From the NCBI GenBank assembly GCA_964016885.1, contig OZ024740.1, positions 223,510,001 to 223,574,000 of the forward strand: a stretch of 64,000 nucleotides of DNA, written 5' to 3'. A program made the position numbers and the translations under genes. Shown piece by piece: positions 13,102 to 21,997 of the stretch. Within the stretch, counting starts at the first letter, position 1, and the number at the start of each line of letters is the position of its first letter. The DNA comes from Eledone cirrhosa. Lineage: Eukaryota. The notes beneath the pieces were generated by a model. The model had not been told where the DNA came from, searched no databases, and saw nothing but the letters and a program-made list of their open reading frames with translations.

Positions 13102-16100
13102 ATGACCTCACTCAGAATAGGCAGCATAAATGCGCATGGCTTGGGGTCGTCATGGAAGCAGGGTCACCTGCTCAACGACCTCAGGTCACTAAACATAGAT
13201 GTAGTGGCCATCAGCGAGACCAGAATCTCCGAAGCACGGGCCTTCGCACCGATCTTCGGCGGCTACGATGTGTACGCATCTCCCAGCCGTCCTGGATCGG
13301 GTGGAGGAGTTGCTGTGCTTTTTCGGATAGGTTTGGATCTCGCCATACGGGCCATCTTCCTGGACCCAGAGGGTAAGCTGGTGGTGCTGGACGTGACCAG
13401 CGGAGACGGGCAAGCTTTCAGGCTAGTGGCCGTCTATGCCCCGACAGGAGCAGGGCGGCCTGATTTCTTCCGGCGTCTGGAGACCTTTCTTGGAACGTCC
13501 CGCTCTTTAGTGTTAGTGGGCGACTGGAACGGGATCTTAGATGCACGCTGGGACTGTGTGGGATTAGCGGATAGGGGTGGAGGGTGCAAGAGCCTCACCA
13601 ACCTGCTCAGGCGTTTTGAACTGTCTGACAGGTACCGATTGGATTTCCCGAATGTGCCAATGTGGACTTGGACAAACCGCATAGGGTCATCCAGATCATA
13701 TCTAGATAGCGTATTTTGTAGGGAAATAGATAGGTCTAGCATAGGCTGTCCACAATTCAAGATAGTCAGCTACACGGACCACAAATTTGTGACCTGTGTG
13801 CTTGACTTAGATAGGCTTCATAGACGAGGACCCGGCTACTGGAAGCTAAACGCGTCCTTACCAGCGCGCAAGGCCTACAGAGACCGGATTAGCGGACTAG
13901 TTAAGCGGGCGTTGACGGGGGCCATCGTCAACAACAAGTGGTGGTTTGCTCTGAAAAGAGCGATTAGAATAGAATCGATTAGGTTTAGTAAGGCTTTAGC
14001 AATAGAGAAAAATAGAGCAGAGGGAGAACTAGTTAGAAAATTAGACGAGGCGCTTAGCAAAGGCATTGCGACCGACGTGCTTGCGGCGAAATTGGCCCTT
14101 GACCAATTCTTAAATGCAAAGCACGAAGGCTGCGTTGTCAGAGCTAGGGTGCGTGCTCTCAGACACGAGGGGACGAAAGCCGTTCAATGGGCCCGAGTGG
14201 CGGAGGCGCGTCGTGGCAACAAAGCCACCATCCGGTCTTTGGTGGACCACGACGGGCGCATGCTACTCGATCCCGGGCAAATGTGTGAAGCTTTTCAGCG
14301 ACACTTCGCTCAGCTGTTCGGGGGCAGCGGGGGGCCGGGTAGAGGGATGGACTTTAGTGTCTACCTCGACGGACTGCCGCGGCTCTCGGCCACTGAGGCG
14401 AAGTGTTGCGAAAAGCCGATAACAGCCGCTGAAGTAAGGGAGGCAATGACTGGCTGCACAAGGGGTAAATCGCCTGGTTTGGATGGTCTGCCCTATGAAT
14501 TTTACGTACAGATGCCAGACTTGTTCGGAGGCCTCTTGGCGGACGTCTACTGCAACTGGCAACAGAACGGGAGAATTCCCAGTTCTGTGAGCCGAGGAGC
14601 GGTGGCACTGCTGAGAAAGGATCCGAACAAGGGGGATAACATAGACAATTTCCTGCCCATAACTCTGCTAAACACAGAGTTCAAGATTTTGGCCAAGGTG
14701 CTAGCAAAGAGGTTGGCGCTTGTCGTTGGTGGTCTGGTGGGAGAGGCGCAGACATGCGCCATTCCCGACAGATCCATCCACGACAACCTCCACCTCATGC
14801 GATACATCATAGAGAGGGTAGCTAAGGAACCTGGCACGGGTGGGTCCTTGATCAATTTAGATCAGTCGAAAGCTTTCGATAGGGTCGACCATCGTTACCT
14901 AGCGGCAGTCCTGAGGGCGGCTGGCTTTGGGCCCGTCTTCAGAGGCTGGATCGCTGCCATGCACAGCGACATCTGCTCTGTGGTGAGAGTGAACGGTCAC
15001 CTGTCGGAACCGTTCAACATCATGCGCTCGGTCCGCCAAGGATGTCCCCTCTCGTCCCTCTTGTACGTATTGACTCTCGAGCCATTACTGCACAAACTGG
15101 AGACGTTGAGGGGAGTCCCGCGCGAACTAGGATGCGGAAGATCCGTGTCAGCATATGCGGACGATGTCACCGTAGTGGTGTCGAACGCCAAACACATCGA
15201 GGCGATCGGCACTACACTAAGAGAATACGAAGCGGTGACAGGAGCAATGATCAACCAGGAAAAGTCGGTGGGCCTGCAGCTCGGCACCTGGAGAGGCAGG
15301 TCCATGCCGTCCAACAGCGTCGTCGGGCGCTGGATGGACGGACCGGTTAAATTGCTAGGGGTCTGGTTCGGTCCGGACCTCCAGACGGACAAAAACTGGG
15401 ACGAGGTGACGAGCAGGGTGGCTTCTCTCACCCAGAAATGGGCGGAGAGGAAGCTATCCCTGAAAGGTCGAGCGGAGGTGGCTAACGCGTACATCGCGTC
15501 TGTCATCTGCTACCGCCTAACCGTCGTACCTTGTCCTAAGACTCGCCTGACTGCGCTGGAGCGTTTGCTCTTTCGCTTTTTGTGGAAGGGACGTGCTCCG
15601 ATGGTCAGGCGGTCCATCTGTTGTCAACACCCGCTACGTGGAGGGCTGGGCATGCCGTGGCTGATGATGCGCAGGCACGCGCTCAGGCTACGACATCTCC
15701 ACCTCTTCCTCGACGGTGATCAGGTGTGGTCGCCGTTTGCTAGACGCGTGTTTCCCCAGCTCGTTTCCTTGGCGGAGCTGCAGTCCTGGGTCAAGCGAAG
15801 ACCGAGAGGGAGCGCCTGGAGACTGGAATGTCTTCAGGCGCTCACAGCCCTCGACCAATCGGGCAATGTGATCGGTGGAAACTCCACCTCGGCGTTCTAT
15901 AGAGGATTAGTGGAGGGGAAGAGCGACGACGTACTTGGGGAAACTCTAGGCGTCGACGAAAATCAACTAGCCAATCTCTTCGGAAGAACTTTCGGGCCAG
16001 GGCCTATGGACAACTTCCAGAAATCTCTGGCCTGGCAGTGCTACCGAGGAGCCTTGCCAGTTCGGGATAAACTCTACAGGCATGGAGGTGCCGTCAGCCG

Positions 16101-16521
16101 GGCATGTCCGAGATGCGCGCAGGGCGACGAAACCGTCCTGCACGCACTCGTCCAGTGTCCGAAAATTGCTGACTTGTGGGTTTATGTCGAACACCTGCTG
16201 TCGCGTTTAGGACGGATCCGGCTATCATCTGAGTCCATCGTGAGGATTGCCCCGCCCTCCTCCTTTAGCCGGGAAGGGCAGGCAGTTTTTATCTGCCTGG
16301 TGGCCATGGCGAAAGAGATCGTATGGTGGACACGTTTGAAAGGGCTGAAGACGAGCACTTACCTCTTCGGTGATGCTCTGATTGACTTTTTCAAATTTCA
16401 TTTGAAAAGGAAAATCAGAGTAGAGAGGGAAGTGCTCTCTTCCCAGCATTTTGTTGAAAGATGGGTGAGAGAAGCAAGAATGGCCCGAGTGAATGGGCCT
16501 ACTCTGAGCATATATCTGTAA
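13102..16521 (+). CDS. LINE ORF2: APE endonuclease + reverse transcriptase + C-terminal Cys/His motif (Tx1-like)
   Basis: Uninterrupted 1139 aa. APE motifs: SINAHG, ISET, VYAP, GDWN, YTDHK, GYWKLN. RT motifs: KSPGLDG, PITLLNTEFKILAK, LDQSKAFDRV, VRQGCPLS, AYADD. C-terminal CPRC..ETVLHALVQC. Confidence 0.95.
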   Translation: MTSLRIGSINAHGLGSSWKQGHLLNDLRSLNIDVVAISETRISEARAFAPIFGGYDVYASPSRPGSGGGVAVLFRIGLDLAIRAIFLDPEGKLVVLDVTSGDGQAFRLVAVYAPTGAGRPDFFRRLETFLGTSRSLVLVGDWNGILDARWDCVGLADRGGGCKSLTNLLRRFELSDRYRLDFPNVPMWTWTNRIGSSRSYLDSVFCREIDRSSIGCPQFKIVSYTDHKFVTCVLDLDRLHRRGPGYWKLNASLPARKAYRDRISGLVKRALTGAIVNNKWWFALKRAIRIESIRFSKALAIEKNRAEGELVRKLDEALSKGIATDVLAAKLALDQFLNAKHEGCVVRARVRALRHEGTKAVQWARVAEARRGNKATIRSLVDHDGRMLLDPGQMCEAFQRHFAQLFGGSGGPGRGMDFSVYLDGLPRLSATEAKCCEKPITAAEVREAMTGCTRGKSPGLDGLPYEFYVQMPDLFGGLLADVYCNWQQNGRIPSSVSRGAVALLRKDPNKGDNIDNFLPITLLNTEFKILAKVLAKRLALVVGGLVGEAQTCAIPDRSIHDNLHLMRYIIERVAKEPGTGGSLINLDQSKAFDRVDHRYLAAVLRAAGFGPVFRGWIAAMHSDICSVVRVNGHLSEPFNIMRSVRQGCPLSSLLYVLTLEPLLHKLETLRGVPRELGCGRSVSAYADDVTVVVSNAKHIEAIGTTLREYEAVTGAMINQEKSVGLQLGTWRGRSMPSNSVVGRWMDGPVKLLGVWFGPDLQTDKNWDEVTSRVASLTQKWAERKLSLKGRAEVANAYIASVICYRLTVVPCPKTRLTALERLLFRFLWKGRAPMVRRSICCQHPLRGGLGMPWLMMRRHALRLRHLHLFLDGDQVWSPFARRVFPQLVSLAELQSWVKRRPRGSAWRLECLQALTALDQSGNVIGGNSTSAFYRGLVEGKSDDVLGETLGVDENQLANLFGRTFGPGPMDNFQKSLAWQCYRGALPVRDKLYRHGGAVSRACPRCAQGDETVLHALVQCPKIADLWVYVEHLLSRLGRIRLSSESIVRIAPPSSFSREGQAVFICLVAMAKEIVWWTRLKGLKTSTYLFGDALIDFFKFHLKRKIRVEREVLSSQHFVERWVREARMARVNGPTLSIYL

Positions 16522-16766
16522 ATTAAAGGTGGAAAACTGGGAGAGGGCACTTGCCTTGGTGGTCAGGGTCATTGTGGCTTTTTACTGTCCCTCCACAAAT
16601 GTCCCTCCGAAGTCTCCCCCCTATTGGGGAATTTTTCATTGTTATTTTTTGTTACATCCTCTGTTTTTGTTTTTTACACACAGAAATGCCCATTTGTACC
16701 GTCCTGCATTGTCCTGCACTGTCCTTAATGTCTACTTTATGTAAACCCTTGTGGTTAATAAAGAAA

Positions 16767-16815
<49 letters not shown>

Positions 16816-17010
16816 GATCGGTGGATTGGCAGTATCGGTCGAGGGTCGGACGCCTTGCTTTGACGCGTAGAGTTACGGCCCTTGCCATTCTGAGTTCAAA
16901 TCCCGTCGAGGTTAACTTTGCCTTTCTTCCTTACGGGATCGATAAAATAAAGCACCAGTAATACACTGGGTAATTGCTGACCTTGTGCCACAATTAGAAA
17001 CAATTATTAT
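16816..17010 (+). mobile_element. tRNA-derived SINE abutting the LINE tail
   Basis: CGGTGGATTGGCAGTATCGG head, GAGTTCAAATCCC B box, ATTATT tail. Confidence 0.8.
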
Positions 17011-17329
17011 TATAAAGATCAATAAATATGCAGACATTACAGGTGCTATTAGAGCTGATCAAGATGTAGGGACAGAAGTCGTTTCAATCGTCAATGGGGC
17101 GCAAGGGAACATCTTACGTCTTTCATCAAAAGCCTTAGGATCCCTGACTTCATAGGCAGTGCCGAAATTTCTACCATCTCTAGCACTACCAGAATTCTAT
17201 GCGATATATTGAGTCTTTAAAATTAAGGACTGATCTGAGGTTAATTATCATGCTTCACCTTGCAACTAATTGCTATGGAAACCTTACAAAAGACAACAAT
17301 GTTATTATTACTATTTGGAAACCAAAGGG

Positions 17330-17507
17330 AGATGGATAGGCAGTATCGGCGGTAGAGAGTTGAACATCATGCTTTGAATTTTGAGTTCCAATTCAGCCGA
17401 AGTTAGCTTACGGGGCCGATGAAATAAAATACTTGCAAAACACTTGGGTAAATGTATTCGACTACCAACTTCCTTTCAAATTGCTGCCCTTGTGCTGAAT
17501 GTAGAAC
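17330..17507 (+). mobile_element. Older diverged SINE copy
   Basis: GGCAGTATCGG...GAGTTCCAATTCAGCCGA...GGGGCCGATGAAATAAAATAC...CCTTGTG. Confidence 0.6.
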
Positions 17508-17525
17508 AATATTTTGCTACTCTAG

Positions 17526-17708
17526 GCGGTGGATTGGCAGTATCGGTAGAGGGTCGGACGCCATGCTTTCCAGCATAGTTATGTCCCTTTACGATCTGAG
17601 TTCAAATCCCGCCGAGGTTGACTTTGCCTTTCATCCTTACGGGGTCGATAAAATAAAGTACCAGTAATGAACTGGGTTATTGCTGGCCTTGTGCCTAAAG
17701 TAGAAACA
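17526..17708 (+). mobile_element. Full-length SINE with 18-bp target-site duplication
   Basis: Complete head, body and tail. Flanked by AATATTTTGCTAC(T/C)CTAG at 17508-17525 and 17709-17726. Confidence 0.85.
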
Positions 17709-18412
17709 AATATTTTGCTACCCTAGATAATATGCAAGGGGCCAGATGACATTTTCTGTCAGGACCCCCATACAAGCTTCATTGGCACCTGTTCCTAATG
17801 TATAAAAAATATTCACCTTTTTGACCACCTAGACCATGATGCAACTTCTTGCTGATTTGGCAAAGAACATGAGAGCCAACATAAAATGACACAAAGTTAT
17901 ATTTCATTAGATATTTTCATTTAGTTTGCAAGGAAGTTAGCTTTTTGTGGAGATTAGCTTACCTAATTACAGATAAGCCTTGTCAAATTAGGAAATTTCG
18001 TTTCCTATATGTTTTACATATCCCTGTTTCTATTACACAAATCTCTTACAGCAACCGATATGGATTTAGTCACTCGCCCCTAATTCTTTTCTAACCGAAG
18101 GTTTAAAAAGAGAAATTATTGGAATAATTTGTATACGTTTATACGGGGAATCCAAGTAAATAGTAAAATAACACGACTGTTCAGTTATATTCAAATATTG
18201 TAAGCGCGTCCATTGAGAATATCGTCTATGACAAGCTGCTCAGTTGCTCGCATGTGTGCGTGCTGAACTCTGGGTCTTTCTGCTGGGAACAGCCCCTAGT
18301 CCCCCCCCCCCTTTTTTTTCACTCATTCATTTACTGCCATTCTACCTTCCTGTGTCTCCCCCTTCATGCAGCCCCTTTTCGCTCTCGTTTTCTGGCACCT
18401 CCATATATATAG

Positions 18413-18920
18413 GTGAGCTATGCTGCCCACTTACCACCACTTTCCATTCCACCCTCACACACCAGCCACCCATCCCTGATGCCGCTCGGTGCTCCAGTCC
18501 CCGGCCCCACGCCCCATCCCCCACCCCTCCAAATCGACACCTGCAGCACTTGCGGCACCACTAACAAACGGAAGAGGGGCCGGAAATGTTTGGGGTGCGG
18601 CTGCTTCCACCACCTCACTTGCGTTGGCTTGACTCGTCGAGCTTCCAATGCTCTCGCAGCGTGGAGGTGCAGGAGCTGCCTCTTCGCCCCGTCTTCCCAG
18701 CCACGGCCATCTGGCAAACCACCAGATGGGACAGCGAGCTTGCCTGAGGCCCGAGCCTCGCTGGTCTACATCGCTCGGCTCAGGCGGCTCCGGAAGATCC
18801 CACTCAGGATCCCGAGAGCGGCACGGGTGACAGTAGCCGATGCCCTCACTTTCTCGATTGAGAGCGCCCTGGACTCCAATCGAGCCAGTGACTGGGAGAG
18901 GCTGTTCTATTTCGCCCTAT
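18413..18920 (+). pseudogene. 5' relic of a CRE-clade-like non-LTR retrotransposon with N-terminal PHD-type finger
   Basis: C4HC3 pattern CSTC..CLGCGCFHHLTC..WRCRSC followed by RIPRAAR..A.AL..I......DWERLFYF, which resembles the pre-RT segment of CRE-like ORFs. GC-rich, ends abruptly near 18920. Confidence 0.6.
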
Positions 18921-18946
18921 TCATTTATTATGGCTATTGGTTAGCA

Positions 18947-19030
18947 TTGCTACTCTAAAGTTTCACCTGCGCACTCACAGGATCACCAGTTTTGTCTGGT
19001 GAGTACGTAGGTGAGACTCTAGAGTAACAA
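18947..19030. repeat. Imperfect fold-back (32-bp arms) containing a hammerhead-like core on the minus strand
   Basis: TTGCTACTCTAAAGTTTCACCTGCGCACTCAC pairs with GTGAGTACGTAGGTGAGACTCTAGAGTAACAA (5 differences). Minus strand 18989-18960 reads CTGGTGAT-CCTG-tgagtgcg-CAGG-TGAAAC. Confidence 0.65.
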
Positions 19031-19404
19031 GGTTTTGCAAAAGTAAATGAATATTTAAACTCTACTTCGGTATTGAGTGTCATTCTTACGTCCATCAATA
19101 ATTGACGTACCCTCAGGTCTTGAATAATCGTCCTTATACCCTGTTTATTAATTTGTCAGATTCACCCCCCCCCCCCCCATTCGCTTATTAAATTTTGATA
19201 ATTTATCTCTGGCAAAAATTGATCATACGTCATTCATATTGATACAGCTGCTGGATAATCTAGTAATAATTTTATTTTACATGGAAAAAACAAACATATA
19301 TGACAAAAGAACATTACAAAAAACATTTATTTATGAACATACACTATACAATTACTGATTTCCCAAGCGCCCCCAATTGTTGCTCCCCCCTATTATTTGG
19401 GCCA

Positions 19405-20100
19405 CGAAACTCTTACCTCTCTATGTCTATCACACAAAACTCTCTTTTAATCTCCCTCTCTGTATCTACTAAATCCAAACTCTACCCCTCTCTATATCTA
19501 CCACGACACCGTCTCCTTTATCCCACGCTCTATATCTAAGACTAATACAATTTCTCACTCTATAAATATCTACACTTATCTCTCCCGACCCCTCTCTGTA
19601 TAACAATCACCCCTAAACTTTCCCCCTCTCTATACTATACTCTCTCTCATTCCCTCTCACTCTGTCTATTACTACCAAACTCTCCCCCTCTCTTTATCTA
19701 TCAATACATTTCTCTATCAATCCTCCCCCTATTTATATCTACTACACGGAACTCTCTTCTAATCCCTCTTTCTATATCAAGTGAGATCACACTCTCCTAC
19801 TCTCTATATCTACTATACGGAACTCTCTTACAACCCCCTCTCTATATAAATTAACCCCAAACTCTCACTCTCTATATATTTACAACACGAAACGCTCTTT
19901 CAATACTCCTCTCTCTATATCTAATACACGGATCTCTCTTACAACCACTCTCTATATCACCAAACTATCCCCCTCTGTATATCTACTACACAGAACTCTC
20001 TTCGAATTCCTCTCTATATATCAATAAACATCAATCTCTCCCCCTCTCTACATCTAATATACACATACTCGCCCCACCTTCCTCTCTATAGCTATCTCTC
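19405..20100. repeat. Degenerate pyrimidine-rich minisatellite, ~30-bp unit
   Basis: Recurring AACTCTC..CCCTCTCTATATCTACTACAC variants. Confidence 0.8.
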
Positions 20101-20744
20101 CATAACATGTACATAAATTGTAGCTCATATATACAAATAGATGTTTTGGTAGTTTGGGGAGAATATAATTATTTGGAGGGGTAGCATGCCTCTCCCCAGT
20201 TTAACCGCCCCTGTCTTACCGTCAGCATCACCCGCGCTATAGTTGCGAACGTGTTGTCATGCCTCGAAATTTCCGTTGAAACTTGCGATATGCGGCCGAT
20301 TCTCGAACATGGTTGTGAATTGATAATCGTTTTCGTTTCTTTTTCTCTCGCTTTGATTGCACATTTTGGTGCATTGCATTTGTAAGGTTCCTAGAAATAG
20401 TTAATTGTATTTGTTATATGTGTTTATAATTGTATTTTCATTCTGAAACAGATGTATACAGTTTGTAATGTTATACAACTGTAAATGAACAATAAAGTTT
20501 ATAAAAAATATTCTAACGTTGTGCAATAACAAAATGAACACGCCAATGCACTAGAAGAGGCAATGTTTTTACAAAATATTGGCAATTTAGTTTATTTTTT
20601 TAATTTATTCAATATTGCTTAACTAAAACATTTATTCAAAACATCTCAATTAAATAATATTACGTTTGCAACAAAAAACAAAAATACATATTTAATAAAG
20701 AGCTTAAGGTTAAGGAATGGACAGCACTCTCTACCCCAATCTAG

Positions 20745-20974
20745 TTTAGGCGGCCGATCGTCGTCAGTCATCCCGTCTAATTGGTTATTGTTTACTGGCA
20801 CATAGTCAAACAAGGAAGAAGGAACATACCTCAATTTTATGTTATAAAAACATTTTTAATAGGAGTAATTACAGAATATATACAAATACATTAGTGCTCC
20901 TATGTTGGGATATATTTAAGTCGTCATATACTGCCGCATGGTGTGATGTCATTCTTTGGATCACTCCATGTAGA
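20745..20974 (-). repeat. Distal 230 bp of LTR, inverted
   Basis: Reverse complement of 21134-21363. Confidence 0.9.
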
Positions 20975-21363
20975 AGATCACGCCATTTAGCGTCGACTGT
21001 GAAGGCAGTCGATTAACTGCCCTTAGTTCTGACGTCACCTTCTGACGTCACGTTCTGACGTCAGAAGCTGAGACAATAACACTTGGACAATGAGAGCTCG
21101 GAGACAATAGACGTGCTATCACCAATCGTGCTATCTACATCCAGTGATCCAAAGAATGACATCACACCATGCGGCAGTATATGACGACTTAAATATATCC
21201 CAACCTAGGAGCACTAATGTATTTGTATATATTCTGTAATTACTCCTATTAAAAATGTTTTTATAACATAAAATTGAGGTATGTTCCTTCTTCCTTGTTT
21301 GACTATGTGCCAGTAAACAATAACCAATTAGACGGGATGACTGACGACCATCGCCCGCCTAAA
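20969..21363 (+). repeat. Complete LTR (395 bp, TGTAG...CTAAA)
   Basis: Homologous to 25368-25647 (+) and 25992-26357 (-). Followed by a PBS. Confidence 0.9.
21030..21063. promoter_or_regulatory. Three tandem CRE consensus sites (TGACGTCA) in the LTR
   Basis: TGACGTCA at 21030, 21043 and 21056 (13-bp period). Function is inferred from the motif only. Confidence 0.5.
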
Positions 21364-21364
21364 G

Positions 21365-21379
21365 TGGTGACCCTCGACG
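21365..21379 (+). promoter_or_regulatory. Primer-binding site (tRNA-Trp-like, 1-nt insertion)
   Basis: TGGTGACCCTCGACG one base after the LTR; complementary to the tRNA-Trp 3' end ..CACGUCGGGGUCACCA. Confidence 0.75.
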
Positions 21380-21680
21380 ATTAAATATGAAAACGAAGCC
21401 TGCTTAATTCCACCATTCGTTTTAAATTGAAAATTGTTCGTCTTACACAAAAAAACATGGCTGACTGGCCAGCTAACATTCCCGCACATTGTCTTTCTTC
21501 TTCAAATGCAGCCATCTGATCGGCTTAGCCTCGTCACGCGACCATATCCTTGTTTTGGAAAAGAAATGCGACCCCATCTTGTTTCATAATGACAAATCTC
21601 GAATCACAGATACCACCAATTGTGCTGTTTTCCCGTAGTTCTGAACATTACTTACTTTTATTCGTCCTTGTGGAAATAGA

Positions 21681-21995
21681 TTGACAATGAATGGTCCTAA
21701 TTTACCTGCTCCTTCTTCACATTCGAACCAGCCCGTCTCGACACGCGAGGATGCCATGTTAAAGGCTATTGACGCTTTGACGCAGCAAGTCGCTCGATTA
21801 TGCAGAGAGAATAGGCCGTATTCCCGGCGGCCTAGGAGTCGTTCGAGTTCTTTCGCGACTCCACGTCAGCATACTACTTCGCCCGCCAGCAATCCATTAT
21901 TTTGCTGGTATCATGCCACCTTCGCAGAGAAGGCAAAACATTGCCGGCCTCAGTGTAAATATTCAGCTTCGGGAAATGTAGATCAGAGTCACTGA
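21681..21995 (+). pseudogene. gag: Gypsy gag C-terminal remnant
   Basis: RPRSRSSS followed by CWYHATFAEKAKHCRPQC, typical of the gag C-terminus in this Gypsy lineage. No recognisable capsid N-terminus upstream. Confidence 0.7.
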
Positions 21996-21997
21996 AG

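Larger units (their letters stand above)
10755..16813 (+). mobile_element. Full-length Tx1/L1-clade non-LTR retrotransposon
   Basis: 5' UTR, ORF1 with CCHC knuckle, ORF2 (APE-RT-Cys), 3' UTR with AATAAA at 16757-16762 and (ATT)15 tail at 16769-16813. Confidence 0.92.

Noticed and set aside
13102-16521. Prokaryotic RT system (retron, group II intron, DGR)
   Set aside because: APE domain, ORF1 zinc knuckle, polyadenylation signal and microsatellite tail identify a eukaryotic LINE.
11075-16572. Antisense and alternate-frame ORFs overlapping the LINE ORFs
   Set aside because: Shadows of GC-rich or low-complexity coding sequence; no independent motifs.
17526-17612. tRNA gene
   Set aside because: A/B-box-like head without a complete cloverleaf, continuing into a multicopy SINE body with a TSD.
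18413-18958. Host PHD-finger chromatin gene
   Set aside because: No exon structure seen, abrupt truncation, and the downstream motif resembles a retrotransposon ORF.
20969-21139. Short 171-bp LTR bounded by TGTAGA...TCTACA
   Set aside because: Homology among the LTR copies continues to 21363 and the PBS follows there, so TCTACA is internal.
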